Positions 9,415 to 20,329 are shown, numbered from the stretch's first letter. The stretch: DNA of 64,000 nt from Minisyncoccota bacterium (GCA_036517795.1 DATDTF010000011.1:9772-73771); one strand, 5' to 3'. Made by a program: numbers and translations. The notes: generated from the letters alone by a model not told the origin.

Positions 9415-10382
9415 CAAAGATAATTACAATCGGGTTTTTAATTATTGCCGCAGTTGCCGGCTGGTTTCTGTTTTTCAGCGATAATAAAATTGAGGTCAAG
9501 AGAGGTGAAGCCATATTGGAAGGAATGAATTTTCCGGAATCGGACCTAGCCGGCATCAAATGTGAAAAAGCCAAGAACAGGCCCTTGGCCGTAATGCTTT
9601 CTTCTGACCCTGAAACTAGACCCCTTTCAGGCATCGGGGAGGCTGAATTAGTCTTTGAAATGCCCGTAACCGATGGCGGAGTCACAAGAATGATGGCCGT
9701 TTTTCAATGCAACTGGCCAAAAGAAATCGGCTCCATAAGATCATCGCGGTCAGACTTCATTCCATTGGTGCAGGGACTTGGGGCGATTTACGCCCACTGG
9801 GGAGGAGAGAAAGAAGCGCTTTCAGAATTAAACAGCGGAGCAGTTGACAACATCGATGCCATGAAATACGACGGCACAATATTTTACAGAAAAAAGGAAG
9901 CAAAACCTCCGCACAATGGCTTTACCAGCGCAGAACTTTTAAATAAGGCCATCGCCGAACTTGGCTATGGCCTTGGCAAATCATTGAGTTCTTATCCCCA
10001 CCAAAACTCAAAGAGCTCTGGCAACGTCCAACCGCCGAAAATTTACAAAAACGAATTTCAAATCTCTTGGGAATATAACTCTAACAACAACACCTACCGC
10101 CGAAAACGAGGCGGAAAGGATGAAACGGATAAAAACACATCACAACAGGTTGAGACAGAAAATATCGTCATCATGAAAACGACCTGGTCTCCCATCAGCA
10201 AAGACTACATCCGGGTAAAAACTGTCGGCTCCGGTGAAGCAATCTTCTACCAAAACGGGCAGGAAACCAAAGGCTCTTGGAAGAAAGGTTCAGTCAAAGA
10301 GAAGCTTTACTTTTACGACGACACCGGCAAAGAGATAAAATTTACACCCGGAACCACTTGGGTTGAGATAACCATAGACTGA
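9411..10382 (+). CDS. DUF3048-family membrane-anchored protein
   Basis: RPLAVM, FEMPVTDGGVTR, IGSIRSSR, KPPHN and FTPGTTW motifs. Confidence 0.8.
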   Translation: MTKIITIGFLIIAAVAGWFLFFSDNKIEVKRGEAILEGMNFPESDLAGIKCEKAKNRPLAVMLSSDPETRPLSGIGEAELVFEMPVTDGGVTRMMAVFQCNWPKEIGSIRSSRSDFIPLVQGLGAIYAHWGGEKEALSELNSGAVDNIDAMKYDGTIFYRKKEAKPPHNGFTSAELLNKAIAELGYGLGKSLSSYPHQNSKSSGNVQPPKIYKNEFQISWEYNSNNNTYRRKRGGKDETDKNTSQQVETENIVIMKTTWSPISKDYIRVKTVGSGEAIFYQNGQETKGSWKKGSVKEKLYFYDDTGKEIKFTPGTTWVEITID

Positions 10383-10383
10383 C

Positions 10384-11370
10384 ATGATTAATTTTTTTTA
10401 TGGCCAAGAAAGTTTTTCAGTTAAAGAAGCTGTCAAAAAAAAGACAGCTGATTTTTTAAAACTGAAACCCGGCTTGCTGGTTGAAAAAATTGATCTTGAC
10501 AAAGAGGAGGGGATAAAACCCCTAAAAGACGCTGTAGAAACCAGGTCCATCTTCAACGAAAACAAGCTTATTGTTGCCAACGGCCTATTTGCAAATAGCC
10601 AGACCCGCAAAGACGCTCTGGAGACGTTAAAAGAATATCAAAAAGAACCGGAAAAAAATTTATCTTTTTTGTTTTATGAATGTAGCTCCGGTTTGGAGTT
10701 AAACAAAAAAGACAAAAATCTTTTTAATTTTTTATCTCAAAATGCTCCAAAATCTGCAGAGATACTGCCGCTCAAAAACACTGCTTTGGAAAAATGGTGT
10801 ATAGAAGAGTTTGCTAAAGGAAAAATAAAAATACAAACCCCTGTAGTTAAAAAATTTCTTGCTCTTGTTTCGTATTCCCACGAATGGGCAAAAAACGAAG
10901 TCGCCAAATTGACGGCTTACAAAAACTTTGCCGGCCAAAACACAAACAAAGAAATAAAAGAAGCTGATCTTGATAAAATTGTGACACCAGAACTAGCATT
11001 TAACAATTTTGATTTAACAGATGCCATAGCCAGTAAAAACCACAGAAAAGCTATTCTGTTACTAGACCAATATCTTTCGGAAAACGGAGACCCAAATGCA
11101 ATCTTGGGCCTGATTATTTTTCAATTTAGAGCATTGCTCCGGGTCAAATCACTTATCAAAAAAAATGTTCCCACCAACCGGATAGCCGGTTTGACAAAAC
11201 TTCATCCATTCGTAGCCGCAAAAGCATCTAGTCAGGCCAAAATATTTGACCAAGAAGAACTAAAAAAAATTTACCAACACCTGCACTCCCTAGATCTTGA
11301 ATTCAAAAACGGTCAAACAGAAATTTTATCATCCCTATTCTGTCTCTTACTGGAAATGGGTGTAAAGTAA
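10384..11370 (+). CDS. holA: DNA polymerase III delta subunit
   Basis: FFYGQESF N-terminus; NEVAKL, FDLTDAI, LHPFVA and DLEFKNG motifs. Confidence 0.85.
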   Translation: MINFFYGQESFSVKEAVKKKTADFLKLKPGLLVEKIDLDKEEGIKPLKDAVETRSIFNENKLIVANGLFANSQTRKDALETLKEYQKEPEKNLSFLFYECSSGLELNKKDKNLFNFLSQNAPKSAEILPLKNTALEKWCIEEFAKGKIKIQTPVVKKFLALVSYSHEWAKNEVAKLTAYKNFAGQNTNKEIKEADLDKIVTPELAFNNFDLTDAIASKNHRKAILLLDQYLSENGDPNAILGLIIFQFRALLRVKSLIKKNVPTNRIAGLTKLHPFVAAKASSQAKIFDQEELKKIYQHLHSLDLEFKNGQTEILSSLFCLLLEMGVK

Positions 11371-11400
11371 AAACCCGCTAACTCTGTTAACGGGGTATAT

Positions 11401-12915
11401 TTATTTATCCTTTTCAGTCTTGTGTTTATGACCGTCAAAACTATACAAAATTTGTTTTGAATCCTCGATACTCTCAAGGTAAACTTTTCTGTTCCAAAGA
11501 TAAAATATATTTCTCATTGTGCCCTCTCTATACTGGGGATCCATCTCTAAGCCGCTAAAGTCATGCTTTAAATACAACTGTTGCTGACCATTGTGATTCG
11601 AATTTTGAACTTTTATCGGCATCATCCCATACAAGGTAAATGCATGCTTCAGAAGCATTCTGATGACCTCCGGTCGGCTTTCTGCAATTCCATAAATCGT
11701 GTCGCCTGTTGAAGGATCCTCTTCCGCTTGATAAAGATACAAACGCATCTTTCTGATAAACTCGTCCGTAAAAAATTCCTCAATAATCATCCTATCGCTG
11801 TAGAAAGAGGCAACCTGAAATATCTTTTCTTTGCCTTTCATCGCACCGTTGTCCCAATAGGCTTTTTTTACAGGGTCTTCGCACAACTCAAAATCTCTGC
11901 CAAAACAACCCCTGTCCCAGCGCTCTTTAATATCTTCAAAAAGAGCTAGACCAACACGATACCAATTGAAGTCAGTCCGACTCTCTCTGGTAACAGCTGA
12001 GTGAAAATCGTTGAAAACACCATGGTCGTTTCCATCAAGAAGTTTTTCTTCAAACAACTTGCGCATAATCTGCAAATGCCAGTATGTAGCCCAGCCCTCA
12101 TCAGCCATTTTGGTACGACCCATCGGTGAAAGCGCCCGAGCCTGATTTCTGACAACACCCAGAACATCTTTCTGCCAAGGCTTGAGGGATAGAGAGTGTT
12201 TGATAATATAACCCAAAATATCATAAATCGGCCGTGGCGGGGCAAGTTGAGACAGATGCCTCAAATATTTTTCAATTTGATCTTTTTCTTCTTTGGTTAA
12301 AGGACTCTGAAATTCAGATCCAAAATCAGAATTTCTTTCCAGTTTAGCACGAGTGATTTCTATCAGTCTTTCTCTGGCCAGTTCGTTATCTAATTCTTCT
12401 TCCAAAAAAGGATCCAAGTGTTGCTGCCACTGGATGGACATTCCGGCATCAATTGTTTTCTCAACTTCATCCGCACCGTATTTTTCTTCATACTTCTTAA
12501 AACGGTCAGTGGCATCACGAGCTTCTTGGGCAATGTCGGCAAAAGAACGGCCGTGCTGAACGAGATTATTTCTTAAGAAGTAATCAACGTGACCAAAAAC
12601 GTGAGCAATAACCAGAACCTTTAAAGCAAAAGGGTTGGTTTCAACGACTAAAGCTTTCGGTCTCTCAAAATTCCAAACCTGTTCATATGGGATACCCTGG
12701 CCGGTATGTTCAAAAATAGTACGATGCATATCGTAGTCGCGACCAAAAGACCAGTGAGAAAAGTTTTTGGGAAAATTATAAGCCATACCCTCCAGAACCC
12801 TTTGCGCCGGAACGATCTCAAAATCTATATCTGTAGTGAGAAGACCAAACTCCTCGGCAATTTCTTTGATTCTTTTTTCCAAAAAAATCAGCCTTTCCAG
12901 TTCCAGTTTATCCAT
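11401..12915 (-). CDS. spoVR: SpoVR/YcgB-family protein
   Basis: HWSFG, AHVFGHVDYF and TKMADEGWATYWH motifs; lies downstream of prkA-yeaH. Confidence 0.9.
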   Translation of the reverse strand: MDKLELERLIFLEKRIKEIAEEFGLLTTDIDFEIVPAQRVLEGMAYNFPKNFSHWSFGRDYDMHRTIFEHTGQGIPYEQVWNFERPKALVVETNPFALKVLVIAHVFGHVDYFLRNNLVQHGRSFADIAQEARDATDRFKKYEEKYGADEVEKTIDAGMSIQWQQHLDPFLEEELDNELARERLIEITRAKLERNSDFGSEFQSPLTKEEKDQIEKYLRHLSQLAPPRPIYDILGYIIKHSLSLKPWQKDVLGVVRNQARALSPMGRTKMADEGWATYWHLQIMRKLFEEKLLDGNDHGVFNDFHSAVTRESRTDFNWYRVGLALFEDIKERWDRGCFGRDFELCEDPVKKAYWDNGAMKGKEKIFQVASFYSDRMIIEEFFTDEFIRKMRLYLYQAEEDPSTGDTIYGIAESRPEVIRMLLKHAFTLYGMMPIKVQNSNHNGQQQLYLKHDFSGLEMDPQYREGTMRNIFYLWNRKVYLESIEDSKQILYSFDGHKHKTEKDK

Positions 12916-14200
12916 TCGTCCACCTCTCCTTTCTTAAAAATTCTTTTAGGGCCGGCAGAAGCTGCTCTTTTGTCTGAATAACAACGCCCAAAAAAGGATC
13001 TGTTTTTAGGGTAATCATGGTAATTTCAGGAGTTGAAACTTGTTGAGTGGAAAACTCTGACTTGATAGCAGACATCAGGCCAGAATCCGGTAGATTTTTG
13101 TTATATTTTTCCGACGGTTCAATTTCACCATAACCGAGCATATTTATTTTTTTGGCAAAAAGCTTTTTAATCTCTCCCATGGTCCGGTCATGATCAAAAT
13201 CCTCTCCGTCAGAAAAATGCCAGACATAGACATTGTATTGGCTGGTAGGGTATTCCTCCTCAACTAAACCATTAGCCAGCTCATAGGCTGTATAGCAATA
13301 AGTACCGCCACTTTCCTGGGTTTTGAAAAAAGTATCTTCATCAACTATCTTTGCTTGGGTATGATGGATAATAAAACGGATCTCTACGTGCTCATAAATT
13401 CTCTGTAAAAAGGTCACCAACCAAAACAACATTGACCTTGCCAGATATTTTTTTTGATCATACATGGAGCCTGAAACATCCATCATGGCAATGATTACCG
13501 CTTGCGATTGGTAACTGATATTAGGATCCACTTTCTCAAAACGCAAATCGTCTTTGGTAAAAACCGGAAAAGGCTCGACCCTTTCAGCTGTCACCTGAAA
13601 GTCGGGGTTACGAAGCATGGCCAAAGCATCACCCAAGTCACCTTGAGACTTCTTTAAAGCGTCAAAACAATTTAATTCCGACAAACCCGTCTCTTGGATT
13701 AGTGAATTCAAAAAGTTCCAAAATCTTTTCAAACCTTCCCTGACAGTAGCCCTGCTGTTAAGAAACGTCCAAGGACCAGACTTGACAATTCCCGTAATCT
13801 TATAGCCAAGTTCCAAAAGAATTGTCTTTAGCTGTTTTTCTTCAAGTTTGGGCAAACCCAAGTCCTCCAGCATAAGATCGATAAGCTCTTCCAGCTCAAC
13901 TTCAGTTTCAATAATATCCTGGCCGTGTTCGGAACCGGGCCTTCCACCAATAACATCCCCGGGCTCTCCTTCGCCTTGACCAATTCCAACGCCGTCACCC
14001 GTTTGACCGGGCCTGAATCTGGGTATCTGAAGACTTTTAACCGGTATCTTTATAATCTTGTTTCTTTTACCGGTTATGATGTTTTCGTTGGCAATAATAT
14101 GCGGAAGGTTGTTTTTTATGACCTCTTTTTGCTTATCTCTGTGACGCTTGGCGTCGGCCTTGCCTTGTTCAGAAACCATATCTGGTATAGTTATAGGCAT
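12908..14200 (-). CDS. YeaH/YhbH (DUF444) VWA-like protein
   Basis: MMDVSGSM, ESGGT and HFSDGED motifs plus a Gly-rich N-terminal region; AAGGAG RBS supports the start at 14200. Confidence 0.9.
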   Translation of the reverse strand: MPITIPDMVSEQGKADAKRHRDKQKEVIKNNLPHIIANENIITGKRNKIIKIPVKSLQIPRFRPGQTGDGVGIGQGEGEPGDVIGGRPGSEHGQDIIETEVELEELIDLMLEDLGLPKLEEKQLKTILLELGYKITGIVKSGPWTFLNSRATVREGLKRFWNFLNSLIQETGLSELNCFDALKKSQGDLGDALAMLRNPDFQVTAERVEPFPVFTKDDLRFEKVDPNISYQSQAVIIAMMDVSGSMYDQKKYLARSMLFWLVTFLQRIYEHVEIRFIIHHTQAKIVDEDTFFKTQESGGTYCYTAYELANGLVEEEYPTSQYNVYVWHFSDGEDFDHDRTMGEIKKLFAKKINMLGYGEIEPSEKYNKNLPDSGLMSAIKSEFSTQQVSTPEITMITLKTDPFLGVVIQTKEQLLPALKEFLRKERWTNG

Positions 14201-14301
14201 ATCCAATCTCCTTATTCGGTTTTCAAAATACAAAACTTGTCGACCCTAACTCTAAAAATAAAAAACCTCCCTGTCAATAAAGGAGGTTGTGTTATGAAAA
14301 C

Positions 14302-16362
14302 TTATTCACTAAGAAATTCTCTTGCTCTTTCAACCGCTTCGGCGGCACAAAATTTACAATGTCTGTCCTCTTCTCTTCCGGAAGGAGGGTTAGTCAAAGC
14401 CATAAACAAGTTATCAATTCTTCTCTTGTCGCCCTCCTCTTTGGGTCTATCTGTGGCCAAGACGGTGGTAAGTTGAGACTTGCTGTCAGCCAAAAGTTTT
14501 TTCTCTACCGCTCGGGACAATGGGGGATAAGAGTCGTAACCAAAGTTGGGATTTGCAGATTTGAAAACTATAATTTCTCCACGAAAGGTTTCGGCTTCTG
14601 ATTCGGTGATGGGGATATATGACTCAATGGATCTAAGAAATTTGGTGTCAGGCTCTTTTGGCTTTCCGGACATCTGATCACGCGGCACTTCAAAAATTTG
14701 ACCCTTCACTATTTTGCTTTTCTGGCTTCTTTCAAACTGAGCTTCCAGTATGTATTTATCAAATAACTCTCTGGCAAGATCATCATAAGCAGCAAGAAAA
14801 GCTCGGCTGACTGTTTTAACAATGAAATCTTTATACTCGCTGGGTACACCTTTGGCTTCACCAGCGGAAAGAAGAAGCTTAAAACGATCCAAGTCTTCGG
14901 GGGTGTAACCCATTCGATGTTCAAAGCCTCTGCGCAAAGCATAAATAGCTTTTAACGGGGTGAGGCAACCATTGTGGCCGGCCTCTTCAACAAGAGCGGT
15001 GTTCAGTGCGGCCAGCACATCACGAGAACCAACCCCAAACATTCCTTCTCTTTTAGATATGTCTTCGCTATTCTGTCCCTCTTCTAAAAGATGTCGGATG
15101 TCAACCGGTACCTTTTCTTTATTTTCAAGTTCGGTCAGAACTTTGTCACCATTATAGATCTTGAGTTTAGTCAGGCTGTCGATTCCAGTTTGGGACTGAC
15201 TTAGACGAGTCAAAATCGCAAAAGTAGCCGCTAGCTCAAGAGTGCCTGGAGCGATATGAATATTTTTTAACTTAGCGAAATCACTTTCCTGCTGAATCAA
15301 CTTTCTATAAACCCTTACTTCATCTTTCACTCTTGTTGGGTATGGAAAGGGGATAACAAAGAAACGGCTATGCAATCCTTCCTTGCCCGGACCCCTGGTA
15401 TTAAACTCTTTGAAACTTGCAAGGTTGGTATGACCAATAACAACCTCGTCAACAGAAATATGAGGAAAGTTCGAGCCCTCTATCTTAATCTCCTTTTCTT
15501 CAGCGACACTGAAAAAGACAGCCAATTGCTCTTTCTTGGCATTAGTTAGTTCTCTACCTTCAACCAAGCCTCTGTTTGCCTTTGGCAATTCTCCGGAGAG
15601 AGTAAAAGCAAGATGATGGTCATAACCTTTTTCCGGATTAGAGGTAACGCCAATATTCTCGTGGCCAACAAGTTTCGCTATGTCAGAAGCAATATCGTCG
15701 GTCGCTTCAAATGAGCTGATACCTCTTGTGCCTTGAATTGAAAAAGTAAACGTCTCAACAGGGATATCTAACCAACGCACTTCACCAGTGCTCTTGTCGG
15801 AAAATTCCTGTAAAAGATGCCGGCAAACCGGACAAAGGTCTCCCTCAATTTTCACGCCCAACTCGCCCTCAAACTGTTTCCTAAGATAACGCGGCAAAAG
15901 CAACAGAGGCTCCTGATGCATAGGACAGCCTTTTATACTGAAGACGAGCCTGGTATTGTAATCCTCCAAAGCCCCTTTTAGTATTTTAACAAAACTGGAC
16001 TTACCTGAAGCCGGTGGACCCACAAAAAGCAATATTTGCTTTCCGGTAGACAAACGAGCCGCTCCGGTTTCCAGAAAAGAAACAAATTGCGCAGTCGGCC
16101 TTTCTACACCAAAAAGTTTTTCAGAAAAAATACGATATCGCTTTTTTACACCCAGCCATCTTTCCCTTTCAGGGACCTCTTCTACACCGGCCGCTAAACA
16201 AGTTTCCAGCAGACGCGATGGAGAATTTTGGGCAATTAAGGAATCTTTTGTAACCAAACCAATATAATCCCTCAATGTAAGCTCCATGTGTTGCGACTTC
16301 TTAGCCTTTTTCCTGGCAACATCATTAGCATAGATTTGATCTAAGTTTAAATTACCAACCAT
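14302..16362 (-). CDS. prkA: PrkA/YeaG-family AAA+ serine protein kinase
   Basis: Walker A GPPASGKSS, GCPMHQEPL, GDLCPVC, GELPKANRG and IAPGTLE motifs. Confidence 0.9.
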   Translation of the reverse strand: MVGNLNLDQIYANDVARKKAKKSQHMELTLRDYIGLVTKDSLIAQNSPSRLLETCLAAGVEEVPERERWLGVKKRYRIFSEKLFGVERPTAQFVSFLETGAARLSTGKQILLFVGPPASGKSSFVKILKGALEDYNTRLVFSIKGCPMHQEPLLLLPRYLRKQFEGELGVKIEGDLCPVCRHLLQEFSDKSTGEVRWLDIPVETFTFSIQGTRGISSFEATDDIASDIAKLVGHENIGVTSNPEKGYDHHLAFTLSGELPKANRGLVEGRELTNAKKEQLAVFFSVAEEKEIKIEGSNFPHISVDEVVIGHTNLASFKEFNTRGPGKEGLHSRFFVIPFPYPTRVKDEVRVYRKLIQQESDFAKLKNIHIAPGTLELAATFAILTRLSQSQTGIDSLTKLKIYNGDKVLTELENKEKVPVDIRHLLEEGQNSEDISKREGMFGVGSRDVLAALNTALVEEAGHNGCLTPLKAIYALRRGFEHRMGYTPEDLDRFKLLLSAGEAKGVPSEYKDFIVKTVSRAFLAAYDDLARELFDKYILEAQFERSQKSKIVKGQIFEVPRDQMSGKPKEPDTKFLRSIESYIPITESEAETFRGEIIVFKSANPNFGYDSYPPLSRAVEKKLLADSKSQLTTVLATDRPKEEGDKRRIDNLFMALTNPPSGREEDRHCKFCAAEAVERAREFLSE

Positions 16363-16479
16363 AACTTCTCCTTAATTTTCAAAGACCACAAAGCTTAAAC
16401 TAGGTTAAAATATATTAAAAAGAATGGCAATATTGACTAAAGGCTTACACTGTTTTACTATTTAACGAGTTTTGCACCC

Positions 16480-18057
16480 ATGAACATAGACTATACTAAA
16501 TTAAGCAAATCTTTAGACCTTTCTGATAAAAAAGAAAGGTTTTTATATCGCCTTTTTGAGGTTTTGCCAGGCTTTTTGGCTTGGCTGACATTGTTTCTGA
16601 TTATCTTTTTATCTTTTGTTGCACCGGCTTTTACTGCCGTTTTTATCATATTATTTGACATCTATTGGCTTATCAAAACCGTCTATCTTTCTTTTCACCT
16701 AAGATACGCCTACAGAAAATTAAGACAAAATTTAACGATCGATTGGCTTGAGCGACTGGAAAAACTGCCAGTCACAGACTATAAATTACAGGAAGTTAAA
16801 TCTTGGCAGGACATCTATCACCTGATAATTTTGCCTCGTTACAAAGAGGGGGGAGAACTGGTTATGGCCTCCATTGAGAGCATACTAAACTCAGCTTACC
16901 CCAAAACAAAAATAATTTTAGTTCTGACTCAAGAGGCTAGAGCCGGCATTGAAGAAAACAAATTAGGCTACGAGTTGGAAAAAGAATATGGCAGCAATTT
17001 TTTTCAGTTCTTGGTTACCGAACACCCGGATAACCTGCAAGGTGAAATAACGGGAAAGGGCTCAAACGCAGCCTACGCCGGAAAAATTGCCAAAGAAAAA
17101 ATCATTGACGCCCTAGGAATCAAATATAATCATGTTATTGTCTCAAACTTTGATATTGACACAGTCGCTCCCAACCACTACTTTTCTCTTTTGACATATC
17201 TTTATCTTACCACCCAAGACTCCTTACATACCTCCTACCAACCCATCCCTCTCTACACTAACAACATCTGGGAAGCTCCGGCATTGGCCCGGGTAGTCGC
17301 TTTCTCTGCCACTTTCTGGCACACAATACAACAAGAAAGGCCGGAGAGACTAACCACATTTTCCAGCCACTCAATGCCTTTTCAGGCTTTAGTTGACGTT
17401 AATTTTTGGCAAACTAATATGGTCTCCGAGGACTCGAGAATTTTTTGGCAATGTTTCTTGAGATACAATGGCAACTACCGGGTTACACCTATGTTCTACC
17501 CTGTTTCTATGGATGCCAATGTTGCTCCGAGTTTTTGGCAAACAATGAAAAACATCTACAAACAACAGAGACGCTGGGGTTTCGGAGTAGAAAATGTGCC
17601 CTATTTCTTTTTCGGTTTTTATAAAAACAAACTGATACCTCTGAAAAAAAAGCTTTACTACATCTTTAATATTCTTGAGGGTTTCCATTCTTGGGCCACC
17701 AACGCGGTTATTATTTTCCTTCTTGGCTGGTTACCAGTAGTAGTGGGCGGCTCAAAATTCAATCAGTCTGTCTTGTCTCTAAATCTTCCTCAATTCACAA
17801 GGGTTATTATGAGCTTAGCTATGATTGGACTCATTTCTTCGGCTGTTTTGTCTGTTGTCCTTTTGCCTCCTCGGCCCCTACACTATCGACGTTTCAAGTA
17901 TCTATGGATGGTTTTGCAGTGGATATTATTCCCCATAACCACGATCATTTTAGGCGCCCTGCCGGGTTTGGAGGCTCAAACCAGACTGATGCTCGGAAAA
18001 TACCTAGGTTTTTGGGTTACTCCGAAAGTAAGCCGACGAAGTCTAAGGAACTCTTAG
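16480..18057 (+). CDS. Membrane GT2-family glycosyltransferase
   Basis: FDID, VSED and QQRRW motifs; multiple TM helices. Confidence 0.85.
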   Translation: MNIDYTKLSKSLDLSDKKERFLYRLFEVLPGFLAWLTLFLIIFLSFVAPAFTAVFIILFDIYWLIKTVYLSFHLRYAYRKLRQNLTIDWLERLEKLPVTDYKLQEVKSWQDIYHLIILPRYKEGGELVMASIESILNSAYPKTKIILVLTQEARAGIEENKLGYELEKEYGSNFFQFLVTEHPDNLQGEITGKGSNAAYAGKIAKEKIIDALGIKYNHVIVSNFDIDTVAPNHYFSLLTYLYLTTQDSLHTSYQPIPLYTNNIWEAPALARVVAFSATFWHTIQQERPERLTTFSSHSMPFQALVDVNFWQTNMVSEDSRIFWQCFLRYNGNYRVTPMFYPVSMDANVAPSFWQTMKNIYKQQRRWGFGVENVPYFFFGFYKNKLIPLKKKLYYIFNILEGFHSWATNAVIIFLLGWLPVVVGGSKFNQSVLSLNLPQFTRVIMSLAMIGLISSAVLSVVLLPPRPLHYRRFKYLWMVLQWILFPITTIILGALPGLEAQTRLMLGKYLGFWVTPKVSRRSLRNS

Positions 18058-18128
18058 TCTGCCGAAGTTGCTCTGCCGACGTTTTACATCCGTAGTAGTC
18101 TGACAACCTCTTAAGTAAGCCGACGATA
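18025..18128 (-). repeat. Dispersed repeat, ~85-nt unit type (overlaps the GT2 stop)
   Basis: Reverse complement aligns with 22637-22728 (CTTACTTAAGAGGTTGTCAGACT...AGACTTCGTyGGCTTACTT). Confidence 0.75.
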
Positions 18129-18130
18129 CC

Positions 18131-20329
18131 CTACTCAAAATGCCTAATCTTCTGAAATTTAGCTAACTGATTTTTTAGAGCAGGATAACTTTTAAGATTT
18201 GGATCTTCCTTCAGTAAAAGCTTGGCTTCTAGCCGGGCTTTTTTTATTAGGTCTAAATCAGTCAAAGAAGCCATGGCTAAGTCAGGCAAGCCGGATTGTT
18301 TAGTACCGACAAATTCTCCCGGTCCGCGTAACAACAAATCTTGTTCAGCCAACTTGAAGCCGTCATCGGAAATCTCCAAAGCCCTTAGCCTCTTATTCTC
18401 AAAACGATTATTGCCGCCATTAACCAAAAAACAATACGACTGATGTTCCGCTCGCCCAACCCGGCCGCGAAACTGATGCAGTTGCGACAGTCCGAATCTT
18501 TCAGCATTCTCAATTAACATTACTGTAGCATTGGGAACATCCACTCCGACCTCAACAACCGAGGTGGATACCAAGATCTGATACTTTCCGTTTTTAAAAT
18601 CTTCCATTATTTTTTCCTTTTCTTTAGGCTTCATTTTTCCGTGAAGCATGGCAATCTTAAAATTAGGAAAAACTTTTTGTGAAAGTTTTTCATATTCGGT
18701 AGTGACGGCTTTGACTTCGGCCCACAAAATATTCATCTTGTTTTGTTGGGCAGAAGTTTTTACTGCTTCTTGCGGATTGCTAAGTTCGATGCGGGGACAT
18801 ATAACAAAAGTCTGCCGACCAGACAGAATTTCCTTTTCAACAAAACCGTAAACTTCGGCAGACTTATCTTTTGCAAAAACTTTGGTAATAATTTTCTTTC
18901 GGTCTTTCGGCTTTTCTTTAATTAAGGAAACGTCCAAGTCGCCGTATATAGTTAGCGCGAGTGTTCGTGGTATTGGCGTTGCAGTCATAGAGAGCAAATG
19001 TGGTGTCAAGGGTGCGGGGGATTGGGCGTCCCAGTGCCGATATTGCTTTGCCGGTATTTCTTCCCTTGTCCCTTGTCCCTTTACCAGTTGCATTCTCTGC
19101 TTTACACCAAAACGATGCTGTTCATCTATTATTATCAATCCCAAATTTTTAAATTTAACATCTTTTTGTATAACTGCGTGTGTGCCGACAACTATATCTA
19201 TCTCGCCATTTGAGATTTTCTTTTGCATTAAATTTTTAGAGATTTTTTCTTCAGTAACTTCGTCTATCGGCCACTGTTTTGCCTCACTTCCAGTCAGTAA
19301 ACCCACCCTGGTCCTTAATCTGCCAAGCAACGACTTTATGGTTGCATAATGCTGTTGCGCCAATATCTCCGTTGGTGCCATAAAAACCGTTTGAAAACCC
19401 GAGTTGGCGGTCTGACAGGCGGCAATAATCGCAACGATTGTCTTGCCTGAACCGACATCGCCATTTAATAGCCTATTCATAGGATAACTTCTGCCAAAAT
19501 CTTTCATAATCTCAAAAGCGCAAACCCTCTGATCATTAGTCAAAACAAACGGCAAGCTCCCGACAAACCCTTTTACCAACTCCGGTTTGAAAATTACCGA
19601 AGGCGCTTTAAGTTTGGAAAGACCGCGCCGACCCAAAAGAGACTTGATTTGAAACAAAAGCAATTCATCAAAGGCAACCCTTTTTCTGGCAACTCCAGCT
19701 TCCTCTAAAGATTCCGGAAAGTGAATTGTCTTTATTGCTAGGTCCAAGCTGGGAAAATTATATTTTTTTCTTACGTTTTCCGGCAGATGATCGGAAAACT
19801 TATCTGTAGCACCTAGCAAAGGTTTTATTAAAAAACGAAGGTATCTGGAGGAAATGCCCTCTGTCTCCGGATAGACAGGCACTAGTCTGCCGGTATGGAC
19901 CAAGTCAATCTTGGTCTCAAAAATTTTTTCATACGAAGGGCTGGAAAGATAAATTCCCCGCTTATCCAAAGCCACCTTACCGGATAAGCTGACGAGACTT
20001 CCTTCGACAAGAGAGTTTTCTATATATGGCTGATTAAACCAAACAGCTCTGGTCTGTTCATCACCGTCTTTTATGTGAGCCTCTGTTATGGACATCCGGC
20101 GGCGCCAAATATTAGTCGTTTTTATCTTCGCCACCTCGCCTATGATACTGATCACTTTGCCGACTTCTCCAACCTCACCCAGACCAACTGTTTGAGTGAA
20201 ATCTTCGTAACGGCTGGGAAAATGCCAGAGCAAATCTTTGACAGTTTTAATGCCCAGCCTTTTCAGTCTCGGCAAATTCTTAGGCCCAACTTTAGGCAAT
20301 TTTTCTATAGGAGTAAGCAAATCCAGCAT
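18131..20329 (-). CDS. recG: ATP-dependent DNA helicase RecG
   Basis: GDVGSGKT, DEQHRFG, MTATPIPRTL and QLHQFRGRVGR motifs. Confidence 0.97.
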   Translation of the reverse strand: MLDLLTPIEKLPKVGPKNLPRLKRLGIKTVKDLLWHFPSRYEDFTQTVGLGEVGEVGKVISIIGEVAKIKTTNIWRRRMSITEAHIKDGDEQTRAVWFNQPYIENSLVEGSLVSLSGKVALDKRGIYLSSPSYEKIFETKIDLVHTGRLVPVYPETEGISSRYLRFLIKPLLGATDKFSDHLPENVRKKYNFPSLDLAIKTIHFPESLEEAGVARKRVAFDELLLFQIKSLLGRRGLSKLKAPSVIFKPELVKGFVGSLPFVLTNDQRVCAFEIMKDFGRSYPMNRLLNGDVGSGKTIVAIIAACQTANSGFQTVFMAPTEILAQQHYATIKSLLGRLRTRVGLLTGSEAKQWPIDEVTEEKISKNLMQKKISNGEIDIVVGTHAVIQKDVKFKNLGLIIIDEQHRFGVKQRMQLVKGQGTREEIPAKQYRHWDAQSPAPLTPHLLSMTATPIPRTLALTIYGDLDVSLIKEKPKDRKKIITKVFAKDKSAEVYGFVEKEILSGRQTFVICPRIELSNPQEAVKTSAQQNKMNILWAEVKAVTTEYEKLSQKVFPNFKIAMLHGKMKPKEKEKIMEDFKNGKYQILVSTSVVEVGVDVPNATVMLIENAERFGLSQLHQFRGRVGRAEHQSYCFLVNGGNNRFENKRLRALEISDDGFKLAEQDLLLRGPGEFVGTKQSGLPDLAMASLTDLDLIKKARLEAKLLLKEDPNLKSYPALKNQLAKFQKIRHFE

